64,000 nt of DNA, from positions 71,333-135,332 of the forward strand of contig CAWJAS010000002.1 in the NCBI GenBank assembly GCA_963840935.1. Reading direction: 5' to 3'. A program made the translations under genes and the position numbers. The DNA comes from Candidatus Magasanikiibacteriota bacterium. Lineage in GTDB: Bacteria; Patescibacteriota; Patescibacteriia; Magasanikbacterales; GWA2-37-8. Under the pieces are notes generated by a model. The model did no database searches. It saw only the letters and a list, made by a program, of their open reading frames with translations, and had not been told where the DNA came from. Positions 1 through 10,552 of the stretch are shown here, piece after piece (the first letter of the stretch is position 1; each line of letters opens with the position of its first letter).

Positions 1-2069
1 ATTACCTTATCAATATTTTCAATTCCCTCGATTGATTTGTGCTCACCCGGTTCGTCTTTGGAACGGAAAAAATGCTTAGACAAAGCACGGCTCAAAATTT
101 CTATTACCAAGGTTGATTTTCCGGAACCGGAAACGCCGGTGACACAAACTAATTTTTTGAGCGGAAAATCTACTGAAATATTTTTTAAATTAAACGCTTT
201 GGCGCCATTAACTCGGATTTTGCTGGATGGCTTTTCGCTTTTATCGCGCGGTAAAACTCTTTTTATTTTCACCCGGCCCGACAAATAATCTCCGGTCAAG
301 GAATTTCTTGATTTTTTTATTTCTGCAAGCGTTCCTTTGGCAACAATTTTTCCGCCATAAACTCCGGCGCCGGGACCCACGTCAATTATATAATCGGCCT
401 TGGCCATTATTGAGGCGTCGTGTTCCACCACAATCACCGTATTGCCCAAATCGCGCAAATAACGCAATGTGTTTATTAATTTATCAATATCGCGAGAATG
501 CAAACCAACAGAGGGTTCGTCCAAAATATATACCACTCCGGTAAGGCCTGATGATAATTGGGTCGACAAGCGAACGCGGGTCACTTCTCCACCCGACAAT
601 GTGTTCATGGCGCGGTCAATACTCAAATAGTCCAAACCAACTCGAGACAGATTAAGCAAGCGATCCAAAATTTCTTTTATAATTGGCGCGGAAATTTGGG
701 CGGACATATTTTGTTTTTCTTTACCCGCGGAAAGCCCCTTGAAAAAAGAGATGCTATCTTCAATATTCATTGACGCGACATCGGCGATATTTTTTGTTTT
801 TATTTTTACGGCCAGCGACTCGGCTTTTAATCGTTTCCCCAAACACAAAGAACAAACCTGCTCGCGCATGTATTGTTCAATTTCTTTGCGAACATATTCG
901 CTGTCCGTGGCCAGATGGCGCGCTCGCAGATCTTCCACCACTCCGCAAAAAACAGTCTTTTTGCCTTCAATTTCATATTGTTCTTTACCCGTGCCATACA
1001 ATATCAAATCCTTAACCGACTTGGGCAAATCGCCAACCGGAACATTAACGGAAAAATTATGCGCTTCCGCCACAGCTGATAATAATTTCTGATACCACGC
1101 TTGATTGCCGGTAATTCGAGTCCACGGCTGAATTGCCCCTTCGGCCAAAGTTAATCTGGGATTGGGCATTACCAAATCAATATCAACTTCCATTGTAAGC
1201 CCAAGACCGGTGCATCTGGGGCACGCGCCCAATGGGCTATTAAAAGAAAAATTGCGAATATCAGGCGGTGGCATCATTTTTCCGCACTTTGAACATAGTC
1301 CGTAATTTGAAAGTGTTTCCGGTTCGCCGTTATATAATAAATCAACCAAGCCATTGCTCAAATCCAAAGCTGTTTCCACCGGCTTCATTGTATCTTGTTT
1401 TTTTATGTTCTCGATTTTTTCCACCAGCAAACTGACGCGGTATTTTTTCTTAGAACTAAAATCATAATTTACCAAATCGTTTATTTTTATAAATTCTCCA
1501 TCCACCCAAACCGTATCGAGCCCTGATTGTTCCACTTCTTCAATCAAATTTTTGGCGTCAACATAATTGTCGCGGACTATGGGCGACATAATAAAACACA
1601 CCCCTTTTCGGGCGTGCGCGCGGGCTTTTTCGGATATTTCACCGGCGGAATAAGCAACGACTTTTTCACCGCATTCCGGACAAAATTGTTCTCCGGCTCG
1701 CGCAAAAAGCAAGCGAAGATAATCATAAATCTCCGTAACCGTGCCCACAGTGGAGCGTGGATTTTGCGTGCTGGCGCGTTGGTCAATGGCAATGGTCGGC
1801 GAAAGTCCGGTCATTGAATCAACGTCCGGCTTGTCGCGCACTTCCATGAATTGCCTGGCGAATGAAGACAGCGACTCGGCGTACCGGCGCTGACCTTCGG
1901 CATAAATTGTGTCAAAGGCAAGAGAAGATTTGCCCGAACCGGAAAGACCGGTAATTACCACGAATTTATTTTTTGGAATCTCAATGTTTATGTTTTTGAG
2001 ATTGTGAACTCGCGCGCCTTTAATAATGATTTTATCTTTGGCGCTTTTATTATTATTGTTTTCGGGCAT
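1..2069 (-). CDS. uvrA: Excinuclease ABC subunit A (5' part; runs off the window start)
   Basis: Manual minus-strand translation from ATG 2069: [63 protein letters not shown]; second Walker A ([11 protein letters not shown]) near 110-145. Absent from the ORF track because no stop lies in the window. Confidence 0.97.
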   Translation of the reverse strand, partial: MPENNNNKSAKDKIIIKGARVHNLKNINIEIPKNKFVVITGLSGSGKSSLAFDTIYAEGQRRYAESLSSFARQFMEVRDKPDVDSMTGLSPTIAIDQRASTQNPRSTVGTVTEIYDYLRLLFARAGEQFCPECGEKVVAYSAGEISEKARAHARKGVCFIMSPIVRDNYVDAKNLIEEVEQSGLDTVWVDGEFIKINDLVNYDFSSKKKYRVSLLVEKIENIKKQDTMKPVETALDLSNGLVDLLYNGEPETLSNYGLCSKCGKMMPPPDIRNFSFNSPLGACPRCTGLGLTMEVDIDLVMPNPRLTLAEGAIQPWTRITGNQAWYQKLLSAVAEAHNFSVNVPVGDLPKSVKDLILYGTGKEQYEIEGKKTVFCGVVEDLRARHLATDSEYVRKEIEQYMREQVCSLCLGKRLKAESLAVKIKTKNIADVASMNIEDSISFFKGLSAGKEKQNMSAQISAPIIKEILDRLLNLSRVGLDYLSIDRAMNTLSGGEVTRVRLSTQLSSGLTGVVYILDEPSVGLHSRDIDKLINTLRYLRDLGNTVIVVEHDASIMAKADYIIDVGPGAGVYGGKIVAKGTLAEIKKSRNSLTGDYLSGRVKIKRVLPRDKSEKPSSKIRVNGAKAFNLKNISVDFPLKKLVCVTGVSGSGKSTLVIEILSRALSKHFFRSKDEPGEHKSIEGIENIDKV

Positions 2070-2157
2070 ACCGATTTGTTAAGAAGAAATTTTGGCACTT
2101 CATCTTAACACTATATCGGCGAGAAGTCAAGGGCTTTAATGAGAGGGGCTAAAAAAA

Positions 2158-3660
2158 TTATTCAGATAATTTTTGAAGTAATGCTTTCCCGATATCCGAC
2201 AAGGAATCGGAATAATCTGACGCAAGCATTTTAAACATATCTTTATTTACTCCCGCTATTGTACTGTCGCCAAAAATTATGTCAAAACTCAATTTTAACG
2301 CGGTTGAAAATGTTACGTACATTTTAACTTTTGAAGCGTCGGTTTCTTTCAGCATTATGCCACTTCTGATTGATGACAAAGGAATAAACGCTTCATTTTT
2401 TATAATAAATGGATATGTCTTGATTAAAAAGAAAAGACCACCAGCGCCCCAAATCTCTTTTCCATCTTTACCAATAGCTTTATCTTCCCCGACCATATTC
2501 GTACTCATATTTGGAGTAAAATTCATTACCATATAGCCCCCAATAACTTTTGAAGCGTCACCGCATTCTTTTATGGTATTATCCAAATCATCGTCTTCAA
2601 CTCGCAATATATAACCTTGTTTTTTATTTACTTCATCGGTTACAACAGCGCTCGCTTCAACTTCGAGCGATACACTTAACGGCCTTCCTTCAATTTCTTT
2701 TGCGCAAACAAGATATAATTCAATATCGTCATCAATATCTTCCCACTCATCGCCAATTACACTGGAAAGATCAACCCCTCCGTTTAAATTTTTAACTTCA
2801 CCGGCAATTGATGCCTTTCTGCACATATACGGATTATTCGGGTCAACCGGATCGACATTTGTGCACAATCCTCCGTCCTTACCGCATCTATCCCCCCAAC
2901 AAAAAGCTTCTGTCGAAGCTCCGCCAATAAAGAATCTTTGCCCGCACCAAAAATTTTTATCAGCCGGATTATCATGCGGATATTTTAAATTATATGCACT
3001 ATCATTAGTCGCTTTAATTTCATCTTTTTGTTTTTCATGACTCGCGCCAAAAGCAAAATCTGTTTTGGGGTCAAGCTCACGGCACCATTTTGAAGGCAAA
3101 ATTTGCTGACGAATCATATAAACTTGCGGGAGACGCAAATTAACCGTTGCCGGATTAATACTTTGCAAAATGTTGTATGACATGAAAGCGATAAACAAAC
3201 CAATTATCGCGCCGGTTATGCGTTTTTGCGATTGTTTGATTACCTCGCCATTACCCCCGGAAGAAGCCCACTGCGCGCCGGCAATAATAATCATGACAAC
3301 CGCCAAAATACCGATCATTAACAAAGAATAATTATACACGGTCTTAATATAATCGCCGACATTTTTAAATTCTTTACTTCCGCCAAAAGAAACCTGGGCG
3401 ACAGTCGCGTTGGCCGGCAAGCACATGCCCCATCCTTTGGCGTCGCATGGATATTGATTTTCCAGCCAGCCTTCAGACGCTTTGGCGTTGCTTTCACCCA
3501 CAAAATCGGCGCGCGCCTCTTCGCACGCCTTTTGTTCCCAGCAAATCGGATTATATTTTGGCGATAAATCCTCACCCAAAACACTCAAAGGAAAAAACAA
3601 ACCTATTGCAAACGCGAATATAAACAAAACTGCACCGCTTTTTTTATATCTATTTTCCAT
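2158..3660 (-). CDS. Pilin-like (TrbC/VirB2-type) membrane protein with Cys-rich extracellular regions
   Basis: Signal peptide, then the CPR pilin-like hairpin (GILAVVMIIIAGAQW...AIIGLFIAFMSYNILQSINP) and many Cys. Confidence 0.7.
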   Translation of the reverse strand: MENRYKKSGAVLFIFAFAIGLFFPLSVLGEDLSPKYNPICWEQKACEEARADFVGESNAKASEGWLENQYPCDAKGWGMCLPANATVAQVSFGGSKEFKNVGDYIKTVYNYSLLMIGILAVVMIIIAGAQWASSGGNGEVIKQSQKRITGAIIGLFIAFMSYNILQSINPATVNLRLPQVYMIRQQILPSKWCRELDPKTDFAFGASHEKQKDEIKATNDSAYNLKYPHDNPADKNFWCGQRFFIGGASTEAFCWGDRCGKDGGLCTNVDPVDPNNPYMCRKASIAGEVKNLNGGVDLSSVIGDEWEDIDDDIELYLVCAKEIEGRPLSVSLEVEASAVVTDEVNKKQGYILRVEDDDLDNTIKECGDASKVIGGYMVMNFTPNMSTNMVGEDKAIGKDGKEIWGAGGLFFLIKTYPFIIKNEAFIPLSSIRSGIMLKETDASKVKMYVTFSTALKLSFDIIFGDSTIAGVNKDMFKMLASDYSDSLSDIGKALLQKLSE

Positions 3661-4396
3661 ATTGAGTAATTATTGTTTCCCAATTTTCAAATGGCACGGA
3701 ACCGGCCAAAATACGGCCGTTAATAAAATAAGTCGGCGTGCCTTTGCTTATGCCATAAAAATTGCCGTCGCTAAAATCTTTTCGCGCCTCAAGACCACCG
3801 CGGTCACTCGACACGCATTCCCGCATTTTTTGTTTATCAATCCCATATTCGTCAGATAAATTATCAACTGTTTCCATCGGAAAATCAGCCGGCAAAGTAT
3901 CTTGGTTGGCAAAAAAATATGAAGCAAAAGCCCAATACGCCCCCTGTTCATGGGCGCACTCGGCAATAGCCGACAGCTTTGTGGTGCCCGGATAAGTGAA
4001 TTCAACCGGAAAATTTTTGAAGATTATTTTTACTTTTTGCCCGTACTTGGCGACCACTTGTTTTAATACGTCATCCTGCGCTTTGCAAAAAGGGCATTTA
4101 AAATCAAAAAAAGCGACAATAATCAACGGCGCTTCCGGATTACCCAAAAACGGATCATCGCCATTTTCCAAAGCCGCTCTAATAGCCAAAATCTCTGCGG
4201 TTTCTTGGTAGGCTATTTGTGGATAGAATTTGGTTTGCAGTTCGGCTCCTCGGCCGGATTTTACTAAACGCCAATAATTAAATATTAAAAAACCCAAAGC
4301 CAGAGCAACAACCAGCGCCAAATAAAAAACAATAATAAGAGTCGTCCCCCACCATGTTTTATACCAATGTTTTTTTTCTTGTATCGGCTCAATCAT
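3650..4396 (-). CDS. Membrane-anchored DsbA-family thioredoxin-fold oxidoreductase
   Basis: FFDFKCPFC (CxxC), GTPTYFING cis-Pro motif, N-terminal TM helix; start trimmed to MIEP because the longer ORF overlaps the secG promoter. Confidence 0.9.
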   Translation of the reverse strand: MIEPIQEKKHWYKTWWGTTLIIVFYLALVVALALGFLIFNYWRLVKSGRGAELQTKFYPQIAYQETAEILAIRAALENGDDPFLGNPEAPLIIVAFFDFKCPFCKAQDDVLKQVVAKYGQKVKIIFKNFPVEFTYPGTTKLSAIAECAHEQGAYWAFASYFFANQDTLPADFPMETVDNLSDEYGIDKQKMRECVSSDRGGLEARKDFSDGNFYGISKGTPTYFINGRILAGSVPFENWETIITQYGK

Positions 4397-4442
4397 ACAT
4401 AACATTATTTTATCATATAACATCTTTAAAGCCAATTGTGAA

Positions 4443-4471
4443 TTGACAACCAAGCCGGCTGATGATATACT
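4443..4471 (+). promoter_or_regulatory. Sigma70-type promoter for secG
   Basis: TTGACA-17 nt-TATACT. Confidence 0.7.
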
Positions 4472-4506
4472 GTTTTTACTGATTTTTAACAAATATCAAA
4501 CATCAT

Positions 4507-4725
4507 ATGAACAGTTCTCTGTCTAATATTATCCAGATAATACTTTCAATTCTGCTGATTGCGGTAATTTTGCTTCAGCAAAAAAGCTCCGGCGTGGGCG
4601 GTGTATTCGGGGGCTCTTCAAATGTTTACAGCACCAAGCGCGGAGTGGATAAAATTCTATTTTACGCGACCATCGTTATTTCTATTCTCTTCTTCGGATT
4701 TTCGCTCTCTCGGCTTTTCTTCTAA
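4507..4725 (+). CDS. secG: Preprotein translocase subunit SecG
   Basis: 72 aa, two TM helices, ILLQQKSSGVGGVFGG...TKRGVDKIL motif. Confidence 0.93.
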   Translation: MNSSLSNIIQIILSILLIAVILLQQKSSGVGGVFGGSSNVYSTKRGVDKILFYATIVISILFFGFSLSRLFF

Positions 4726-4773
4726 TAAACGGGCCCGCGAAACAATTGATTTTTTCGCCTTAATCAAGCGAAC

Positions 4774-6711
4774 ATGGATTGGAAAAACATCATCAGAAAA
4801 AAAACAAAAAGCGAACCGCGTCCGGTGGTTCGTGATTTTGATTCCAAACTGGTAAAAAAACTGCGTCATAAATTTTTTCCCAACTGGCGCCAATTTTCAT
4901 ATATCGGCAAATTTCTTTCCGGCATTGAAAAAATTATTATTATCACCGCCTCTTTGGTAATTGTGGCATCGTTCGTTGGTTGGGCTATTGTTTCGGTGCC
5001 AAAACATTTTTCCTTCACCCCAAAATCCGGCGGAGAATATACCGAAGCTTTAATCGGCCAACCAAAAATGATAAACCCAATTTTTGACTCGGCCAATGAT
5101 GTTGACGCTGATATCACCCCGTTAATTTACGCCAAATTATTCAGAATCGGCGACAATCAAAAAATGATTCCTGAACTGGCGGTGTCATATTCCGTGAGCG
5201 AAGACAATAAAACATACACAATCAAACTCCGTGAAGATGCCGTTTGGACCGACGGAGAAAAAATCGATGCCGATGATGTGGTGTTTACTTTTGACACAAT
5301 CCAAAATCCGGAAATCAGTAGCCCGCTTTATCCGGCTTTTAACGGAGTAAAAATAGAAAAATTAAGCCAATTTGAGGTCAGCTTTATTCTCAAAGAATCA
5401 TATGCGCCTTTTGTGTCGAGTCTTGCTGTTGGCATTATTCCCGAACATGTTTTTGGGTTGATCGCGCCAACCAATTTGCGCATTGCCAAAGAAAACCTGC
5501 AACCAAAAGTTGTTTCCGGTGCCTTTAAATTTTCCAAGATGACCAAAAATGAAAGTGGTATTGAAACATACACACTTGAAAGAAACGAAAGATATTTCGG
5601 TTCATTCCCGCACATCAAAAAAATCACTTTCAAATTTTATCAAGATTTTGCACCCGCGGCCGATGCTTTAAAAACTCGCAATTTTATGGGATTGGCTTTT
5701 GTCCCAAGCAATTTAGTCAAATCTTATGGCGGTAAAAATTACTATTCCTACCAATTGAGATTGCCCCAATACTCCGCTTTATTTTTCAATCAAAGTTTTT
5801 CATTATATAAAGATTACGATATCAGAGTGGCTTTGGCCAAAGCGATTGACCGTCCAATTGTGATGCAAACCGCCTTGGGCGAACAAGGTGAAATCATCAA
5901 CGGACCAATTCTTTCGGGATTTATCGGTTATCATTCGGACATTGCAAAGATTGAATACAACGCCGATGAAGCGGCCGAGTTATTGGATAAAACATGGCCG
6001 AGAATTAACCCTGAAGATTATTTTGCCTTGCGCCGAGATGCCATTGTTAAAGAGCGTGAAGAAGAAATAACGAGTTTGCCGGATTATGAAACCAATTCCA
6101 CCACTTTGCGCGAAGAATTAACCGCTTCAGTTGAAGAAACCGTACGCGCCACCATGCGACCGGACCAAACCTATTACCGGAAAAATGAAAAGGGGCAAAT
6201 CTTGACTGTCACCGTCACCACGGCGAACACGCCCGAGTATCAAGCGGCCGTTGAATCAATCGCTTTGATGTGGCGGGCAATCGGTGTGCAAACCAATGTA
6301 AAAATTGTGGACGGAAGACAAATCAGCCGTGAGGTTCTTCGAGGCAGGCAATTTGAAATTTTGCTTTATGGAGAAATTCTTGGCAATGACCCCGACCCAT
6401 ATCCGTTTTGGCATTCTTCGCAAACAGAATCCCCGGGTTTGAATTTGGCGGGATTTACCGACCGCAATGTTGATAAAATTTTGGAAGATGCGAGAACCGC
6501 CACTTCATCGGCAATCCGCGACGAGCTATATAAAAAATTTCAAGATACCATTGTTAAAGATCTGCCGGCGATTTTCTTATACGCGCCGACTTATGAATAT
6601 TTGATAGACAAAGAAGTTAAGGGAGTGGAAATTAACAATATTTATTCCCCCGCGGGGAGGTTCAATAATATCGCTAACTGGTTTATAAAAACCAAATGGA
6701 GCTGGAAATAA
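4774..6711 (+). CDS. Peptide ABC transporter substrate-binding protein (family 5, OppA/DppA-like), membrane anchored
   Basis: PELAVSYSVSEDNKTYTIKLREDAVWTDGEKIDADDVVFTF signature; DPYPFWHSSQ. Confidence 0.9.
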   Translation: MDWKNIIRKKTKSEPRPVVRDFDSKLVKKLRHKFFPNWRQFSYIGKFLSGIEKIIIITASLVIVASFVGWAIVSVPKHFSFTPKSGGEYTEALIGQPKMINPIFDSANDVDADITPLIYAKLFRIGDNQKMIPELAVSYSVSEDNKTYTIKLREDAVWTDGEKIDADDVVFTFDTIQNPEISSPLYPAFNGVKIEKLSQFEVSFILKESYAPFVSSLAVGIIPEHVFGLIAPTNLRIAKENLQPKVVSGAFKFSKMTKNESGIETYTLERNERYFGSFPHIKKITFKFYQDFAPAADALKTRNFMGLAFVPSNLVKSYGGKNYYSYQLRLPQYSALFFNQSFSLYKDYDIRVALAKAIDRPIVMQTALGEQGEIINGPILSGFIGYHSDIAKIEYNADEAAELLDKTWPRINPEDYFALRRDAIVKEREEEITSLPDYETNSTTLREELTASVEETVRATMRPDQTYYRKNEKGQILTVTVTTANTPEYQAAVESIALMWRAIGVQTNVKIVDGRQISREVLRGRQFEILLYGEILGNDPDPYPFWHSSQTESPGLNLAGFTDRNVDKILEDARTATSSAIRDELYKKFQDTIVKDLPAIFLYAPTYEYLIDKEVKGVEINNIYSPAGRFNNIANWFIKTKWSWK

Positions 6712-6740
6712 TTGACAAAACCTCTATTTTGTGGTATAAT
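6712..6740 (+). promoter_or_regulatory. Sigma70 promoter upstream of tRNA-Leu/rnj
   Basis: TTGACA-17 nt-TATAAT with extended -10 TG. Confidence 0.8.
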
Positions 6741-6814
6741 ACCTTATTATTTGACTTCTTTTTCGCAAAACATTGGGCCAAAATGCGTGTTTTTGCGTTA
6801 ATTATTAAATAAAA

Positions 6815-6896
6815 GCGGACGTGGCGGAACTGGTATACGCGTACGTCTCAGAAGCGTATGGCTTCGGCCTTGAGAGTTCGAGTCTCTCCGTCCGCA
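6815..6896 (+). tRNA. tRNA-Leu(CAG)
   Basis: GCGGACG/CGTCCGC acceptor, anticodon loop CTCAGAA, long variable arm, GTTCGAG T-loop. Confidence 0.96.
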
Positions 6897-6997
6897 CAAA
6901 TTCAATTCCGTAAGCCCCGAGTTCATCTCGGGGCAAGTCGAAGCGGAATTGCTTTCTTCATTTATTATTCATCTAATTAATTACTTTTAACCAACTT

Positions 6998-8788
6998 ATG
7001 ATTTTTAAATCAAATAAGCCATCCGGCCACAACAGTCGTTCCAGACGAACTTACGGAACCCGCCGGACGGAAAAACCCGCGCCCGTTTCAAATGAGCGCC
7101 AATCGTTTTCGCGTTTTCGCGGAACCGAAACCAAACTTCGAGTAGCCGTGCTTGGCGGTCTTGAAGAAGTCGGACGCAATTGCACCATGATTGAATATAA
7201 TGGCGACATTATTTTAATCGACATGGGATTGCAATTCCCCGAAGAAGACATGCCCGGAATTGATTACATTATTCCCAACATGGGCTATCTCAAAGGAAAA
7301 GAAAAAAACATCCGCGGAGTGATTATCACTCACGCCCACTACGACCACATCGGCGGAATCCCCCATTTGATTCCTGATTTGGGCTACCCGCCAATTTATG
7401 GCCTGCCTTTGACCACGGCCATTATCAAAAAAAGACAAGATGATTACAAAAATTTGAAACCTTTAAACATCCACAACGTTAAACTGGATGACAAATTGCG
7501 CCTTGGGTCTTTTGAAGTGGAATTTTTTCATTTGAACCACAACATTCCCGATTCCATGGGTGTGGTCATTCATACTCCGGAAGGAACAATTGTCCATTCG
7601 GGCGACTGGAAATTTGACTACCAACCAGTCGGCGAACCGCCGGCTGACTTACAGCGCATCGCTCAAATCGGCTCTGCCGGTGTTTTGGCTTTGCTTTCCG
7701 ACTCAACCAACGCCTCTCATTTGGGGCATCAAACATCTGAATCAGAAATCAGCACCAACCTTGAAGAAATCGTCACCAAAGCTCCGGGCCGATTAATTAT
7801 TGGCACATTTGCTTCTCTGCTTTCGCGTATTCGCCAAATTATTGAAATCGCGGAAAAGCACGGCAAAGTCGTGGCGCTTGACGGATTCTCTATGAAAAGT
7901 AACATCGCCATCGCCAAGGAACTCGGCTACATGAAATTCAATCCAAAAACTTTGATTGAACTGCACAAAATTCATGATTACCCGGATGATAAAGTAGTGG
8001 TTATGTGCACCGGCGCGCAAGGCGAAAAAAACGCCTCGCTCATGCGCATCGCGAACGGCGAACACCGTATGATTAAATTGGTGCCGGGCGATACTGTTGT
8101 GTTCTCATCTTCGGTAATTCCGGGCAATGAACGAACCGTCCAACGACTCAAAGACACGCTCTTCCGCAAAGGAGCGGAGGTAATCCATTATCAAATGATG
8201 GACGTGCATGCCGGAGGCCACGCCAAAGCCGATGACGTTAAATTGATGGTGCGCCTCATCAATCCAAAATATTTTGTGCCGATTGAAGGCAATCATCATC
8301 TTTTGCACTACAACGCCAAAACTGTGGAATCACTTGGCTTCCCCAAAGAAAATATTTTTATTGCCGATAACGGGCAAGTGATGGAATTTTCGCGCGGAAT
8401 CGGCAAACTGACCAAAGAAAAAGTGCCGGCCGATTATGTGTTCGTTGATGGGCTTGGCGTGTCTGATGAAACCAATGTGGTGCTTCGCGACCGCCAGATG
8501 CTTGCGGAAGACGGAATGATTGTGGTTATCGCCACGGTCAATTCCAAAACCGGACAGTTGATTCAAAACCCGGATATAATTTCGCGTGGATTTGTTTTTC
8601 TCAAAGAAAACAAAGAACTAATTGAAGACCTGCGCCACAGAGTAAAAAAATTGATTCATGATTCCGACCCGCTTTCATGGGCCGATACCAACAACATCAA
8701 AAACAAAATCAGGGATTATGTCGGGCAGTTTTTGTTCTCAAAGACAGAAAAAAGACCGATGGTTCTTCCCGTTGTTATTGAAGTGTAA
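6998..8788 (+). CDS. rnj: Ribonuclease J
   Basis: LGGLEEVGRN, THAHYDHIG, SGDWKFD, CTGAQGE, VHAGGHA, beta-CASP C-terminus. Confidence 0.97.
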   Translation: MIFKSNKPSGHNSRSRRTYGTRRTEKPAPVSNERQSFSRFRGTETKLRVAVLGGLEEVGRNCTMIEYNGDIILIDMGLQFPEEDMPGIDYIIPNMGYLKGKEKNIRGVIITHAHYDHIGGIPHLIPDLGYPPIYGLPLTTAIIKKRQDDYKNLKPLNIHNVKLDDKLRLGSFEVEFFHLNHNIPDSMGVVIHTPEGTIVHSGDWKFDYQPVGEPPADLQRIAQIGSAGVLALLSDSTNASHLGHQTSESEISTNLEEIVTKAPGRLIIGTFASLLSRIRQIIEIAEKHGKVVALDGFSMKSNIAIAKELGYMKFNPKTLIELHKIHDYPDDKVVVMCTGAQGEKNASLMRIANGEHRMIKLVPGDTVVFSSSVIPGNERTVQRLKDTLFRKGAEVIHYQMMDVHAGGHAKADDVKLMVRLINPKYFVPIEGNHHLLHYNAKTVESLGFPKENIFIADNGQVMEFSRGIGKLTKEKVPADYVFVDGLGVSDETNVVLRDRQMLAEDGMIVVIATVNSKTGQLIQNPDIISRGFVFLKENKELIEDLRHRVKKLIHDSDPLSWADTNNIKNKIRDYVGQFLFSKTEKRPMVLPVVIEV

Positions 8789-8799
8789 AAATTTCTGTT

Positions 8800-8832
8800 A
8801 AAAAACTCACCCCGAAAGGGGTGAGTTTTTTT
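8800..8832. terminator. Bidirectional intrinsic terminator between rnj and rnpB
   Basis: AAAAAACTCACCCC-GAAA-GGGGTGAGTTTTTT. Confidence 0.85.
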
Positions 8833-9272
8833 GTTCATTATAATAAGCCGAATTTTGTCCGGCTCCGCTACGCTACGCCGGACAAGTTATCTTTTGCAAA
8901 AATAACCGTCCATGTGTAACTTTGGCGAAACCGATGCAATCATTTATCTGTCGCGTAAATTACTCTACACGATCAAGCGAGCTAACTTTCTGAATCCCGA
9001 TAAAATATCGGAAAACATTGCTCTTGCACGCAGGTAAGGATTTTGCCGTTTCACCTTCAATCTTTTATCCCCTTGATTGAAGCTAAGCTCGTTTATGATT
9101 AACACAAACTTGGGGTTTGCTTTCTTTTGTCTTTCGACAAAAGACGTCTCTGCTCGCACCTCTCGGATTGCTCCGGACGGGCGTTACCCGCTACCCTGCT
9201 CCTCGGCTTGCGCCAAGGACGTGTTCGGACTTTCCTCCATGTAAAAATACACAGCGATTGCTTGTAATGAAC
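8833..9272 (-). ncRNA. rnpB: RNase P RNA
   Basis: Minus strand has GGAGGAAAGTCCGAACAC (CR I), AGATAAATGATTGC (CR IV), ACAAAATTCGGCTTA (CR V), terminal P1 GTTCATTA/TAATGAAC; TTGACA-17-TATAAT promoter at 9307-9279. Confidence 0.93.
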
Positions 9273-9368
9273 CATATTATTATAGCATATTTTAGCAGTT
9301 TTGTCAACGGTGAGGGATTGACAATTCACCAAAAAATGATAATCTAGCCAAAGCAAAAAGGAGGAAAA

Positions 9369-10436
9369 ATGGAACCACAAGCTCTTTACAAAAAACTGGA
9401 AAAAATAAAAGGATGTCTGAAAGACAGCGCCATTTCGCAAACGAACGCGCGCCGACGATGGCACCGCGAATTTGACGTGGATGAATTCTTGGGACCGGCA
9501 AGCGGTGAATACATTTTGGACTTGTATAAACTGCACCAAAGCAAGGCGATGCGACGGCTCTCGGCCAAAACCCAGGTCTTCCCCGACCCCAAAAACAATC
9601 GCCATATCAGAACTCGTCTGATTCACACTCAAGAAGTGGCGAGCATTGCCGGAGTGATTTCAGAAATTCTCGGATTGAATACTTCTCTCACTCAGGCCAT
9701 CGCCTTTGGCCACGACATCGGCCACACGCCGTTTGGGCACATTGGCGAAGAATTCATCGCCGAGAAAACCGGCAAAAAATTTCGGCACGAAATATTCGCC
9801 TGCGTTATTGCCCAGCACATTGAACGAGAAGGTCGCGGGCTCAACCTGACGCTCGACACGCTCAAAGGAATATCCGCGCATTCTCGGGGCAAAAGCGAAA
9901 TGACATCGTCTTTTATTTCGGCCGAAGCCGATATAGTAATGTATGCCGATAAAATCGCTTACTGTTTTTCTGATGTGAGTGACATTTTCACTCGCGGATA
10001 TTTAAACATCAACGATTATCCCGAGATCCGCGAACTTAGCGACTGGTTCGGTAATTTCCAGCGTATCCGCACGGGTCGGTGCATTGCCGCGCTCTGCGTG
10101 GAATCGGCCGACGTCGGTAAGGTGGCGTTTTCTGAATCTGAAGAAGCAAAACACTTCATCACTCTCAAAAACGCCATGTACACGGCCTACCCCAAGCTCA
10201 ATCGCCATTTGATTCTTTCTCCGATTCTTGACCAGGTTTATAATTTAATCTCCGGAATCGAAAATATTGACCCGGCCGTGCTTCTGGCGCTCATGACCGA
10301 CTACGAAGTCATGCTTTTGAGCCAAACCGAGGCGCGGGACCTTGGGCGCGTCATAGACACCTTTTCGGTTAGCGAAATCATGCCTTTTATCCGCAAAAGG
10401 CAGATTGATTTCACGAACCCGGATCTTGATTGGTAG
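9369..10436 (+). CDS. dgt: HD-domain dGTP triphosphohydrolase-like protein
   Basis: RRLSAKTQVF, TRLIHTQEVA, GHDIGHTPFGHIGE, ADKIAY; AGGAGG SD. Confidence 0.85.
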   Translation: MEPQALYKKLEKIKGCLKDSAISQTNARRRWHREFDVDEFLGPASGEYILDLYKLHQSKAMRRLSAKTQVFPDPKNNRHIRTRLIHTQEVASIAGVISEILGLNTSLTQAIAFGHDIGHTPFGHIGEEFIAEKTGKKFRHEIFACVIAQHIEREGRGLNLTLDTLKGISAHSRGKSEMTSSFISAEADIVMYADKIAYCFSDVSDIFTRGYLNINDYPEIRELSDWFGNFQRIRTGRCIAALCVESADVGKVAFSESEEAKHFITLKNAMYTAYPKLNRHLILSPILDQVYNLISGIENIDPAVLLALMTDYEVMLLSQTEARDLGRVIDTFSVSEIMPFIRKRQIDFTNPDLDW

Positions 10437-10552
10437 TTCATTTTTCGCCCCGCCGGACGCCCAAAAAGCGTCCGGTTTTTTATTGACTCCAATGCGGAAA
10501 AAGCGTAAAATAAAAGCATTATTTATCCTGTTAATCTGAATAAAAAATAAGT

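Noticed and set aside
37-1817. Short plus-strand ORFs in the track
   Set aside because: They are shadows of the minus-strand uvrA.
8965-9632. ORFs 8965-9159, 9099-9632 and 9117-9347
   Set aside because: They overlap rnpB, its promoter or the dGTPase-like gene and have no protein motifs.
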